Shown here one piece after another: positions 41,751 through 55,006 of a stretch of 64,000 nt of DNA (position 1 is its first letter; every line of letters begins with the position of its first letter). The translations under genes and the position numbers were made by a program. The DNA comes from Paraspadella gotoi (Eukaryota; Animalia; Chaetognatha). The notes under the pieces were generated by a model. It saw only the letters and a program-made list of their open reading frames with translations, ran no database searches and had not been told where the DNA came from. The stretch lies in the NCBI GenBank assembly GCA_051294375.1, contig CM119266.1:16176087-16240086 (forward strand), read 5' to 3'.

Positions 41751-44062
41751 ACGCTCCCCCGATCCTGAGAAGACACCTTTCACTTGAATAGACATCATCA
41801 AGCGGTGAAGAAGAAGAAGAAGAAGAAGAAGAAGAAGAAGAAGAAGAAGAAGAAGAAGAAAGAAAGAAGAAGAAGAAAAAGAAGAAGGTTCGTGGTGCAA
41901 CGTGAAAAGTGGGAGAGAGGAGTAGCTCGAGTGAGTGATTGAAGGTGTGAGGGGATGAGGAGCCGAGGAGAAAGGATGAAGGAAAATAAGGTTCACCGCC
42001 AGGGACGGGACGAAAGAGGAGAACAAGACGTGATGAAAAGGGAAGAGAGGAATCCGAGAGAGTGAATGGAAGGTCATCAACGGAAGAAGCGACCGCACAC
42101 TCTGTCGACGGAAAACAGTGGTCCGACCGTCGGGCTTCGGCGTCGGCGTCGCGTCGGCTTCGGCATCGGCATTGGCATCGGCATCGGCGTCGGAAGCCGA
42201 CAGAAAACACACCGGCCACCGACGGTTTATTGAAAGCAACTGGCGTTTTGTAGCGCCGAGAATCTCGACGTCATTAAGGAGGGTCCACTCATGCGAGGGT
42301 GAAGAGCGAGGCGTTCGGTAGGCGCGGGGTCAAGAGAGTAAGGAACGTGGGGTAAGGTCAGAAAGAAGAGGTGAGTTGCCAATCCTCGTCCGGACGAAAC
42401 TCGGAGAGAAAAAAAAAGAATCGTTTAAAAACGGGAGGAGAAGTTTTCGTAAGTTTGTTCGTGTGTTCATGCCTGATTCCTAAGGACGGAGCGTCCATAA
42501 TGTCTTCCGAAAATTGATCCCATCCATATTCACCCGCGTTTCGCCTGCGAAATTACCGCTGCCTTATTTTTTTTACGTTTCCCGCTCGCACGATACTGGC
42601 CAATNNNNNNNNNNNNNNNNNNNNNNNNNNNNNNNNNNNNNNNNNNNNNNNNNNNNNNNNNNNNNNNNNNNNNNNNNNNNNNNNNNNNNNNNNNNNNNNN
42701 NNNNNNNNNNNNNNNNNNNNNNNNNNNNNNNNNNNNNNNNNNNNNNNNNNNNNNNNNNNNNNNNNNNNNNNNNNNNNNNNNNNNNNNNNNNNNNNNNNNN
42801 NNNNNNNNNNNNNNNNNNNNNNNNNNNNNNNNNNNNNNNNNNNNNNNNNNNNNNNNNNNNNNNNNNNNNNNNNNNNNNNNNNNNNNNNNNNNNNNNNNNN
42901 NNNNNNNNNNNNNNNTTTTTTTTCGTTTCCCGCTCGCCGATACTGGCCAATGGCAACTGGCAACTGGCAAATCGATGCAAACGAGGTCGTCATTCGCGAG
43001 GAAAGATGATGAGAGGGCGAAGGAGAGGTGGATTATCGGTCAAAAGAACGAGCGCGCGGGGTCATTATCGGTCAAAGGAACGGGCAACGGGCACGCGACA
43101 GGCCGGCGTTCATGCGCCTCGTCGATGTAATCGAATTGTAACGAAATGAGAGAGAGCGAGTCACGTGTTCAAAGGTTGTCGAGGTAAGGAGAAAGGGGCA
43201 GGGATAGAGAGAGAGAGAGTAGTTGGTGACTCGATCGACAGGGGTCCTCGCGACGAGCCGTGGACGAGGGCTAAACGCGGAGGCACGCCCGCGACCTCTC
43301 GATGATCAGGAGCTATTTATAGTCGATGGGTGGAGACAGGAGACGTCGCGTCGGTGAGAAGCCGATCGCGATGAACGGATTTCCGTGTAACGAAAAGTTG
43401 GGATGAGCAGAGCGAAGGGAGAGATGGCGTTTTAATCTCGATGGTAGCGTCGCTTTGGGATATTCAATTAGACATCGTAGTTTCAATAAAACAATGGAGA
43501 ATAAAATATCAGTTTTGAGACTTTATCCGATTGACTGAGGAAAGAAATTGAAAATTTATAAAAAGGTTTAAAATATTTTTCAACGCCGAGAGAATATTTG
43601 GTGACTCGTTGAAAATTTTTCCCTTTCGTCTCTTCATTCTTCTTCCCTCTCTTCCCCTCCTCTCATCCCTCCTTCCTTTCCTTCCCCACACGACGAAAGA
43701 GGAGAGACAGCTTTTGGCTCAGGTCCATAAAAAGATTTTCTTTGGAGATTCTCACGTTCTTGCGATGTTGGTCCAAGAGTCTGGAGAATTGAGAAGAATC
43801 CCATTTACGACCCTCGCGGTCAGAGAGGGAGCTCAACTTCCCAGTTTAACTCCTCTCTCTCTCTCTCTCTCTCTCTCTNNNNNNNNNNNNNNNNNNNNNN
43901 NNNAAAAAAGAGAGAGATATAGTTATTTACTCAAATTCAAACGTGATTAACAGATTTATACGTAATAAATTAAAATTCGAAAGCTAATTTTTGAGTTTCA
44001 CTAGTCATATGATGAATCTATGAATCAACGAATAGCCGTCATTTCATCGTCTCCCCTTCCAG

Positions 44063-45611
44063 TGCGATCGTGGGTTTCATCGGCTGCACTGCTCCTACAT
44101 AACCGCCCTATTCGTGACCCTAGGCGCTCTGGACGGACCGCTTCCGCCCGCTGGCCTTCGCCCTGGCCAACTCTGGCTCCCCATACGCGGGATGATCTTC
44201 CCAAACTCTTTACCCACTGACGAACGAGTGGGGAGGCGGGGCTGCTTCCTCATCATAGGCCGCCTTCTTCCTCCACCATTGCTTGTCCGGGATGCTGATA
44301 AGCGTTCCGCGGCGGCGAGCGTCGGCGACGGCGGCGCGGTAGAAAAGAAGGTGCTGCTGAAGGATCCTCGCTACTTGCTCGTTCTGTCCCTACATGTTCT
44401 TATCATTTCGGATCACCTCATCACTGGGATCCGTTATCATCGCGTCGTGGGCGGGTCAAAGCGGGATCGAATGATGACGGGGTGACTCATTCTTGTTCTA
44501 TTAGTTGTTATTATTGTTGTGTTTGCTATTTTTGCAACGTTGATTCTTGGCCGGGTTTAAAATTTCTCAATGGTTGCAAAATATTTGTTTGCAGGTACTA
44601 TAGATACTGGGAGGTTTTTTAGTTACACGTGTATATAATTAAATATTTAAATAATAAAAAATCATAAAATCGCCCATTTAAAAAACAAACAAACAAAAAA
44701 CTCCCACCCTCCAGTGGCGACGCTCGTCCTCGATCCTCGGCGCCTCGGATCTCTGCGTCCGCTCGTTTCCGTCCGCTGTGACGATCCCGCGTCAGACCGT
44801 CGCATCCTCTTGGATCCTCATCGGGAACGAGGTTAGTTTTGTAATTTCGACCTTGTCTTTCCAGGAAAAATAGTTTCTTAGTCTTCAACCGCTAATATAT
44901 TTATATAATTTATAATAATCAATTACTTAATACAAATTTTTCCTCCAGATTCTCCACCGTCATCGCGCAATCGTGATGGGTCTTTGCCGTTCTTCGGTCC
45001 GTTGGTCGGAGCGAGCGCCATTTAACGGAGGTCGCTACGGTGAATAAACATAATTCCACATTTTCCTTTCCTGGAAGAAGAAGCGTCAAGCGTAACGCGA
45101 GGAGCGGAGGAGATTATTTAAAATGAAAAATATTTGTGGAGCAAATCACGGAGCATTCCCTTCTGCCCTAACTTTTATAAATAAATGCTTTATCCAACCT
45201 TTTAAATTTAATCTTGTTTTTCCAAAGGAAACTGGTTCACGTCTACTTTCCTTCTGGCCGAGCTTTTACGGAACGCCCAACTTGTCCAACGCATCGGTTC
45301 TTCTCTCTTCGTACGGCGGAATTTCAAACTCGATGCTGCCCCCTGTATTGGGTGAGCAGAAGTGGCGATAGCGTAAGATTTTAGTTGCAGACGGTTAATT
45401 TATTTGGTCCATAATTCAATACACAGGACAAACTGAAAGGAACTTTTCAAACTATTTCAATTGGTACTTATACTACTTGGCTGGAGGATATCGCGTCTCT
45501 CGCCGTCATATTTAATAGCTCTATCTCATATTATGACACTTAAAAAGAAGGGAAAGAATAGAAAAACACTTGACGAAACATAATTACTCAATTGATTCAA
45601 GCCGTGAATAA
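44063..45611 (+). pseudogene. Partial, indel-rich copy of the MCT gene (exons 4-8); probably a raw-read or alternate-haplotype artefact
   Basis: Same exons and introns as 50287-51517 in the opposite orientation, with many frameshifts. Lacks exons 1-3. Confidence 0.75.
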
Positions 45612-45791
45612 TACAAACGAAAGACACACGGAAAAAACTCTCAGACATTCTCTCCAATATGTCTGCGACTAATTTTGTAGTTCATTTCCTTTTTATTATA
45701 GAATTTCGATTATATTTTGGTTATACTACCTGGCGAGGATCCTTAATATAGTACAATTATGTCTAATCATAGACAGTGGTCTAGTAGACAC

Positions 45792-46447
45792 TAAGGCGTA
45801 AAGTGAAAAGTACATAACGAAAATTATCAAAAGTCAATTATGATCAGGACATACAATACAGTGAACATTAATTTGTAAAAAAAAATTAATTTTATGTTTT
45901 TTAATTTTCGCGAGTAGGCTATATTATATATAAGTACTATCTTTTTATAAGAATAGAAAAATTTCAAAATAGAGTCTTTTTTTAATTTTGCATTGCAAGA
46001 TTTGAGAATTCACTCGTCAAAAGTTGATAAAAGATAAACATAAACATCATTTTTAAAAATTCTTTCATTAAGTGAGTAAAAATTAAAAAACTATAGTTTA
46101 AAGGTATATAAAAAGTTAATTTTCAGCTTAAAAATATAACTTTTTCTAAATTTTTGACCCACTTAATGGAAAGGAATTTTTTCAAAAGTAGTTATATTTC
46201 TTTTTATCAACTTTTTATGACGAATCCAAATCTCAATAAAAATCTTTAGAAAAAACTGTTTGAAATTTTAACATTTTATTGGTTTAGTACTAGTACAAAA
46301 TATGGCCTACTGCGTAAAATGTAAAATTTATTTAATATTTTTGTTTATAAATAAATGTTCATACGTATAAATAATTGTTCGTAAGTTCCTCACTTTTAGT
46401 CATTTTAATTAAAGTTAAACTTAGAGAATTTTACTAGCGCGCCTTTA
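45792..46447 (+). mobile_element. Same MITE family, inserted just 3' of the transporter-gene copy
   Basis: taaggcg...cgccttta flanked by gtagacac / gttagaacac. The empty site is visible in inverted form at 50107-50136. Confidence 0.72.
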
Positions 46448-46599
46448 GTTAGAACACAGTTCCGGATTGCAAGCCGAACGAGAAAGGACTAACTTGAACT
46501 CGGATCAGAATGCCGGGCGGAAGTCCATGTCGAGAAAGAAGAGGAAGGTAAAAGAAAGAAAAAAGATGGGGAAAAAAACGAAAAAGGAAAAAAGAATGG

Positions 46600-47330
46600 A
46601 GAAGAAAAGTGAAAAAAAGTGCAGGGAGGGCGAACAAACAAACAGACAGGGAAAAGAAAATTATATGAAAAGAGCTGGAAGCGAAGGAAAGAAAAGGAAA
46701 AAAGGAAAATGGGGAGAAAAAGAAAAAAGAAGAAAAACTATAAAACTATACAATTCCACCGGAAATATCAGCTAGGCAGTTAAAAAGAAAAATAATTTGT
46801 AAATAATTTCGACGTAATATTTTTTTTCACTGCGGCTAAAAAAGAAAATTTTGGATGCCTCGTAGCGAAGCAAAGAAGTATGAAGCGTAGAAAAGCAAGC
46901 CCAAAATAACATCAGGGTTTGATGCGAAAAAAGAGGAGAGAGAGAAAGAAAAGAAAAGAGAGGAGAGAGAGAGAGAGAGAGAAGAAGAGAGAGAGCTCTC
47001 TCTTCCTCTTTTTTCGCATAACCCTGTGTTATTTTGGGCTTCTTTCTACGCTTCATATTCTTTGCTTCGTACGAGGATCCAAAATTTTCTTTTTTAGCGT
47101 AGTGAGAAAAATATTACGTCTAAACTATTTTACAAATTATTTTTCTTTTTAACTTCCTAGTTGATATTTCCGGTAGAATTGTATTATTTTTATGTGTTTT
47201 CTTCTTTTTTTCTTTTTCTCCCCATTTTCCTTTTTTCCTTTTTCTTTCCTTCCGCTTCCAGCTCTTTTCATATAATTTTCTTTCCCTGTCTGTTTGTTTG
47301 TTTCGCTCTCCCCTCCTTTTTTTCACTTTT
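46600..47330. repeat. Local inverted duplication centred near 46980
   Basis: ~47000-47330 is the reverse complement of ~46600-46940 with indels, and it ends at a 25-N gap. Confidence 0.8.
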
Positions 47331-47516
47331 NNNNNNNNNNNNNNNNNNNNNNNNNAAAAAAGAGAGAGATATAGTTATTTACTCAAATTCAAACGTGATT
47401 AACAGATTTATACAGTAATAAATTAAAATTCGAAAGCTAATTTTTGAGTTTTCACTAGTCATATGATGAATCTATGAATCAACGAATAGCACTTCATTTC
47501 ATCGTCTCCCCTCCAG

Positions 47517-49085
47517 TGCGATCGTGGGTTTCATCGGCTGCACTGCCTCCTACATAACCGCGCCTATTCGTGACCTAGGCGCTCTGGACGGACCGCTTCG
47601 CCCGCTGGCCTTCCGCCCTGGCCAACTCTGGCCCTCCCATACGCGGGATGATCTTTCCCAAACTCTTTACCCACTGACGAACGAGTGGGGTGGCGGGGCT
47701 GCTTCCTCATCATGCCCCTTCTTCCTCCAACCATTGCTTGTCCGCGGATGCTGATAGCCGTTCCGCGGCGGCGAGCTGTCGGCGACGGCGGCGCGGTAGA
47801 AAAGAAGGTGCTGCTGAAGGATCCTCGCTACTTGCTCGTTCTGTCCCTACATGTTCTTTGCATTTCGGATCCCTCATCACTGGGATCCGTGTATCATGCG
47901 CGTCGTGGGCGCGGGTCAAAGCGGGATCGAATGATGACGGGGTGACTCATTCTGTTCTTCATTGTTGTTATTATTGTTGTGTTTGCTAATTTTTGCAACG
48001 TTTGATTCTTGGCCGGGTTTAAATTTCTCAATGGTTGCTAAAATATTTGTTTCAGGTACTATAGTACTGGGGTTTTTAGTTTTACACGTGTACATAATTA
48101 AATATTTAAATAATAAAAAGATCAATAAAATCGCCATTTAAAAAACAAAACGAAACAAAAAAACTCCCACCCTCCAGGTGGCGACGCTCGATCCTGATCC
48201 TCGGCGCCTCGGATCTCTGCGTCCGCCTCGTTTCCGGTCGCTGTTGACGACCCGCCGTCAGACCGTTCGCATCCTCTATGGATCCTCATACGGGAACGAG
48301 GTTAGTTTTGTATTTACGACTTGTTCTTTCCAGGAAAAATAGTCTTAGTCTTCATACCGCTATATATTTATATAATTTATAATAAAATTCACATTCACAA
48401 TTCACAAAAACTTTTTCCTCCAGATTCTCCACCGTCATCGCGCAATCGTGATGGGTCTTTGCCAGTTCTTCGGTCCGTGGTCGGAGCGAGCGCCATTTAC
48501 GGAGTCGCCTACGGTGAATAAACATAATTCCACATTTTCACTTTCTGGAAGAAAGACGCGTCAAGCGTAACAGCGAGGAGCGGAGGAATTATTTAAAATG
48601 AAAAAATATTTTGTGGAGCAAATCACGGAGCATTCCCTTCTGCCCCTAACTTTATAAATAAATGCTTTATCCAACCTTTTAAAATTTAATCTTTGTTTTT
48701 CCAAAGGAAACGGTTCACGGTCTACTTTTCCTTCTTGGCCGAGCTTTTAACGGAACGCCCAACTTGTCCAAACGCCATCGGTTCTCTCTCTTCGTAGGCG
48801 GAATTTCAAACCTCGTGCTGCCCCTGTATATGGGTGAGCAGAAGTGGCGATAGCGTAAGATTTAGATTGCAGACGGGTTAATTTATTTGTCCATAATTCA
48901 ATACACAGGACAACTGAAGGAACTTTCAAACTATTTCAATTGGTCTTTCCTACTTGGCTGAGGGATATCGCGTCTCTCGCCGTCATACTTTAATAGCTCT
49001 ATCTCATATTATGACAATAAAAAGAAGGGAAAGAATAGAAAAACACTTGACGAAACATAATTACTCAATTTCAAGCCGTGAAAAT
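47517..49085 (+). pseudogene. Second partial indel-rich copy of the MCT gene (exons 4-8)
   Basis: Same start point as the first copy, after a 25-N gap. Shows exon 6 (..VGASAIYGVAY) and the last exon (GQLKELSNYFNWSF(Y)LA..). Confidence 0.75.
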
Positions 49086-49266
49086 ACGAAACGAAAGACA
49101 CACGAGAAAAAATCTCTCAGACATTCTCTCCAATATGATCTGTCGACTAATTTTGAGTTCATTTCCTTTTTTTATAATTTCGATTATATTTTGGTTGATA
49201 CCTACCTGGGCGATGGTCCTTAATATAGTAAATTATGTCTAATCATAGACAGTGTCTAGTAGACAC

Positions 49267-49922
49267 TAAGGCGTAAAGTGAAAAGTACATAACGAAAATT
49301 ATCAAAAGTCAATTATGATCAGGACATACAATACAGTGAACATTAATTTGTAAAAAAAAATTAATTTTATGTTTTTTAATTTTCGCGAGTAGGCTATATT
49401 ATATATAAGTACTATCTTTTTATAAGAATAGAAAAATTTCAAAATAGAGTCTTTTTTTAATTTTGCATTGCAAGATTTGAGAATTCACTCGTCAAAAGTT
49501 GATAAAAGATAAACATAAACATCATTTTTAAAAATTCTTTCATTAAGTGAGTAAAAATTAAAAAACTATAGTTTAAAGGTATATAAAAAGTTAATTTTCA
49601 GCTTAAAAATATAACTTTTTCTAAATTTTTGACCCACTTAATGGAAAGGAATTTTTTCAAAAGTAGTTATATTTCTTTTTATCAACTTTTTATGACGAAT
49701 CCAAATCTCAATAAAAATCTTTAGAAAAAACTGTTTGAAATTTTAACATTTTATTGGTTTAGTACTAGTACAAAATATGGCCTACTGCGTAAAATGTAAA
49801 ATTTATTTAATATTTTTGTTTATAAATAAATGTTCATACGTATAAATAATTGTTCGTAAGTTCCTCACTTTTAGTCATTTTAATTAAAGTTAAACTTAGA
49901 GAATTTTACTAGCGCGCCTTTA
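49267..49922 (+). mobile_element. Duplicate of the MITE at 45792-46447
   Basis: Appears letter-for-letter identical to 45792-46447, with nearly identical flanks. Confidence 0.7.
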
Positions 49923-50286
49923 GTTAGAACACAGTTCCGGATTGCAAGCCGAACGAGAAAGGACTAACTTGAACTCGGATCAGAATGCCGGGCGGAAGTC
50001 CATGTCGAGAAAGAAGAGGAAGGTAAAAGAAAGAAAAAAGATGGGGAAAAAAACGAAAAAGGAAAAAAGAATGGAGAAGAAAAGTGAAAAAAAGTGCAGG
50101 GAGGGCGGAACTGTGTCTAATAGACACTGTCTATGATAGACATAATTGACTATATTAAGGACCACGCCCAGGTAGGTATCAACCAAAATATAATCGAAAT
50201 TATAAAAAAAGAAATGAAACTCAAAATTAGTCGCAGACATATTGGAGAGAATGTCTGAGAGTTTTCCGTGTGTCTTTCGTTTCGTA

Positions 50287-52384
50287 TTATTCACGGCTTG
50301 AATATTGAGTAATTATGTCGTCAAGTGTTTTTCTAATTCTTTCCCTTCTTTTTATTGTCATAAATGANNNNNNNNNNNNNNNNNNNNNNNNNNNNNNNNN
50401 NNNNNNNNNNNNNNNNNNNNNNNNNNNNNNNNNNNNNNNNNNNNNNNNNNNNNNNNNNNNNNNNNNNNNNNNNNNNNNNNNNNNNNNNNNNNNNNNNNNN
50501 NNNNNNNNNNNNNNNNNNNNNNNNNNNNNNNNNNNNNNNNNNNNNNNNNNNNNNNNNNNNNNNNNNNNNNNNNNNNNNNNNNNNNNNNNNNNNNNNNNNN
50601 NNNNNNNNNNNNNNNNNNNNNNNNNNNNNNNNNNNNNCACCCAATACAGGGGGCAGCACGAGGTTTGAAATTCCGCCGACGAAGAGAGAAAACCCGATGG
50701 CGTTGGACAAGTTGGGCGTTCCNNNNNNNNNNATACAAACTAACCTCGTTCCCGATGAGGATCCATAGGATGCGACGTCTGACGGCGGGGATCGTCAACA
50801 GCGGACCGGAAACGAGGCGGACGCAGAGATCCGAGGCGCCGAGGATGAGGACGAGCGTCGCCACCTGGAGGGTGGGAGTTTTTTGTTGGTTTTTTTTTTT
50901 AAATGGGCGATTTATTGATCTTTTTATTATTTAAATATTTAATTATATACACGTGTAAAACTAAAAAAACCAGTACTATAGTACCTGAAAAACAAATATT
51001 TTAGCAACCATTGAGAAATTTAAACCCGGCCAAGAATCAAACGTTGCAAAAAATAGCAAACACAACAATAATAACAACAATAAGAACAAGAATGAGTCAC
51101 CCCGTCATCATCGATCCCGTTGACCCGCGCCCACGAGGGATGATACACGATCCCAGTGATGAGGGATCCGAAATGAAAGAACATGTAGGGCAGAACGAGC
51201 AAGTAGCGAGGATCCTTCAGCAGCACCTTCTTTTCTACCGCGCCCGCCGTCGCCGACGCCTCGCCGCCGCGGAACGGCTTCATCAGCATCCCGGACAAGC
51301 AATGGTGGAGGAAGAAGGCGGCGATGATGAGGAAGCAGCCCCGCCAACCCCACTCGTTCGTCAAGTGGGTAAAGAGTTTGGGAAAGATCATCCCCGCGAT
51401 GGGGGAGCCAGAGTTGGCCAGGGCGAAGGCCAGCGGGCGGAAGCGGTCCGTCCAGGCGCCTAGGGTCACGAAGGCGGTTATGTAGGAGGCAGTGCAGCCG
51501 ATGAAACCCACGATGCACTGCAAGGAAGCAGGCTATTCGTTGATTCATTGATTCATCATTCTGACTAGTGAAAGCTCAAAAATTTGCTTTCGAATCTTAA
51601 TTTATTAAGATCTGGTAATCACTTTAATTTGAGTAAATAACTATACCAAAACGGTGAGTAGCCCGAAGGAAGGAGATCGGGAGGCGGCGACGAAAGCAGC
51701 GCCACCTAAGAGGCCGCCGGCGAGACAGATGCGCCGCGGCGTCACTCGGCCGTGGAGGAAAGTGGTGAGGAGGCACGCCATCCCCATCATGGAGAAGCAG
51801 CCGGAGGGAACGAGAGACGCCACCGACTGGGAAAAGTCAGAAATTAAAATTTTTTATACAATTAAAAAGACGATTCAGGACGAGGAATATTAATAGAGAT
51901 ACGGTAGTAACCGGTGCCATTTTTTTACTGTCATAGCCAATGGGCTCCTTTCATCTACAATTTCAAACCCGAGATTCCAACTTTTCACCCATTCTTAACC
52001 ACCCCTCCACCCCTCCACCCCTCCACCCCCACTGACGTTGACAACTTGGAAGTCGCTCTGCCAATCCGCGAGGAAGATTCCCAAAGTCCGCGAGGTGCCA
52101 AAGTTAAGGAGGACCGCGATGTGAAATCCGAGGCAGACGAGCCAAGCACGGGGACCGTCCTTTCTGTCTGAAGAAGATCACGGGGTCATAGATTTGAGAA
52201 ATATAATTATCATTTTGAATTTAATAAACAAAAATTACTTTTCGTGCAATTTTGTGTCACAGCAAGTACGAAGGTTGAACGTTACAACCGGTTCACCTTT
52301 TTGTTCTCTCTCGAGTTTTTGTTCTTTAGTTTCATCTCCTTTTCTCAGACTGGCGGTCTCTTCGAGTTCCAACTGTGGATCCAT
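50287..52384 (-). CDS. Monocarboxylate transporter (SLC16/MCT family, MFS), 8 exons: 52384-52270, 52166-52037, 51826-51647, 51517-51101, 50864-50745, exon 6 lost in a gap, exon 7 partial 50722-50641, last exon partial ending at the stop at 50287
   Basis: GT-AG introns. Translation: MDPQLELEE...; KDGP(R)AWLVCLGFHIAVLLNFGTSRTLGIFLADWQSDF (one 1-nt frameshift ~52150); RRICLAGGLL; RFRPLAFALANSGSPIAGMIFPKLFTHLTNEWGWRGCFLIIAA; GASDLCVRLVSG; GTPNLSNAIGFSLFVGGISNLVLPPVLG; KRRERIRKTLDDIITQYSSRE*. The missing exon parts are readable in the plus-strand copies. The subfamily member is not assignable. Confidence 0.9.
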
Positions 52385-53023
52385 GTCGGACAAGCTGTTT
52401 GGATGGTGTAAAGAAGCCACCCGTAGAACGAGCAGTATTTAAGAGTACTTAAAATAATTGTATTCGATTTTTTGACAACGATTTTTTTGTTTTTTGTCTG
52501 GTCACCATATCCGACGAAATTTTATTACCGAAGGCAAAGTAAAAAAAACCAAAAATTAATCTCTTATCTTAATTTTAAACTAAAAAATTCGTCTGAATCA
52601 GGCTACGCATCGAGAAAAAGTCGAAGGTAAATCATGCGCAGTCACGATCTCGAAACTGGTTTTCGATTCTGGGCTGGAAGAAAAGGGGGAAGACTGTAAC
52701 GTACGAGTTTTATATTTTAATTATGGAATAAGACTACACACTTGTATTTTTGAAAAAAATATTCTTTTCACGTAATTGAAAAAGTTTTTATAAGCCCCGC
52801 CGAAAGTTATATTATGTAAGTTTTCCCTTTGTATTGAGGCTATGACTAAAGATTTTTTAGGGGGGAGAGCAAAGAGAGAGAAAATCGTTGTTTTCTTTAT
52901 ACTTTTTTACTTTTCATTTTTCCGAGGGTGCCCCAAAAAAATGATCCCTAGTTTCTCGTCCAGGCCTCTCCGCCCCGGGAGAAGGTGTTGATTTCCCGTC
53001 GTTAGCTGAAGATGATTTGAGTC

Positions 53024-53036
53024 TGACCTTTGACCC
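53024..53036. promoter_or_regulatory. Nuclear-receptor DR1-type site (TGACCTTTGACCC) upstream of the MCT gene; second site at 53464-53476
   Basis: Match to the AGGTCA-N-AGGTCA direct-repeat consensus, ~640 bp and ~1080 bp upstream of the ATG. Motif match only. Confidence 0.3.
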
Positions 53037-54913
53037 CGATTCTCCATCGCGACCGCCGCCCTTTCCTCCGTTGCCTGCGATACTGACTGCGGTGCCATCT
53101 CAACCTTTCAATATGCCATATTGCTATTTAAAGGAGTACCTTTGCCATTTTTACCATTCGAAGCCGAACCGCTTTCTTCTCCTGATGCCATCGAACAAAC
53201 AAACTTGATAGCGTTTTACGATAAAAGTTTCTAAACACGGAAATTAGGCATGATTATCGTCTTCCGTCCTTGGATTTTCATCAATTTTAACTTGTGAATC
53301 TTTATTTTCCGAGTAAACATTTAACGTGTTACGAAAATAATAATTTAATGCCCTGATTTTTAGGTAAAAATAAATCTTTCTCCTCTTTCGTTCGTCTCTC
53401 TCGGTTCAGTCCCACCCCTAACCGGCTAAGAAAGGTCGTCTGAAGGTCGAAGTTTCGTCGGTTAGACCTTTGACCCGATGGGCGTGGCTCCTTCCGGCAG
53501 GTGGACCCGCGGGGCTTCTAACTAGCGCCGGCAGGTGGCGTCGAGGGTGCGATCCGCATAAGTGAGACAGAAAAAAAAAGTTATGTTTTAGGTCAGCGAT
53601 TGGGAAAGATGTGGGCGAGAAAATCGGGAAAGGAAAACGAATACGTATTGAGGTTTTAATAATTTTTTTTACCATTTCTCTTATTTTTTTTAACTGAATA
53701 TCACTTTTTATCAGTGAAGAAAATATATATTCCTCGGCAGTGACGGCTATAACGACAGACTGACATGCGCACGGACGATGACGACGCCCACGTGAATTCC
53801 TGACTTTCCCGTCATCTTTTAGCGACAACAGCGTCGTTACCCTTTTTTTTTTTGCGAGTTTGACGAAAAAGAAAGGACCGAAAAAAAATAGGGGCTAAAG
53901 GGAAGGAAATAAACGGGTGACCGGTTAATGGGGCAGTCCATTTCTAAGGTTTGACACCATAATACATAAAAAGGAGCTGAAAAGAAATTCGAGCGAATTT
54001 GGGTCAAAACACGGATTCATTCTTTCGACATAGACGACGACGACGACGACAATAACGACGACGACGGCTTCGGCGAATAAGACGTCAAGGGACGCGTTAT
54101 GACGGCATTGACCGCCTCAAAATCCTCGTTGCCACGTTAAGGACCCATGACGAAAACGACGACGACGACGACGACGGCCAAAACGAAGACGTCATCTTCT
54201 TGGGCGAGGTCCATCAGCCACACCTCGACCGTGACTTACTTTTCAATGGAAACGCCCGTCCGTCGCGAGAGGCTCGCTCGCTCTCGACCTGTGATTCCCG
54301 TCTGTAACAGAAGGAGAAGTTCTCGGACGTGACGTCCTTTATCTTTCGCTTTATCTTTACCCGGAAGTGAAGAAGAGAAAAGCCCGGATGTGAGGGAGAA
54401 AGCAACACGGATGTCTCTTCAGGGAGAGACAGGCGAGGGTCGTCGCGCGTCGAGAGGCTAACGATATTATTGCTCCCGAAGATGGACATCAGATTTCAGG
54501 TCGTAAAAACAGGTCGGCGTCAGCGAGGTTTTTTTTTCCCCCCCTTTTTTCTTTTTCTCTTTTTCGTTTTCTTTTTTTCTTTTTTTGGGTTTTATGAGTT
54601 TTACGGGAAGGTTTTTTACGTTTAAGAGTTGTTATAGGATTGTTAGTTTTCAAATATTTTGATATTACATTCAAAAAATTGTAAAGGTTTTTCTGAAGCT
54701 AATTTGAGTTAATTCTTTCCCCAACTTCGCACTTGAGTTTTGATTTAGCCAACCCCATTCACTCTCTATGTCTCTCTCTCTCTATCTGTCTCTCTCTTTC
54801 TTTCTCTCCGCAAAGCTTTTTATCTTCTTTTTCTGTTTCTCTTTGCAGAGGTCGCGAGTTCAGGTCAAGGGGTTAATGCTTGCCATCAAAGGATATAAGC
54901 AGGTGAAGCAGGA

Positions 54914-55006
<93 letters not shown>

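Noticed and set aside
43904-52384. Genuine three-gene MCT tandem/inverted cluster
   Set aside because: The extra copies start at the same adapter-like base after 25-N gaps, lack exons 1-3, are indel-ridden, and share an apparently identical 800-bp block.
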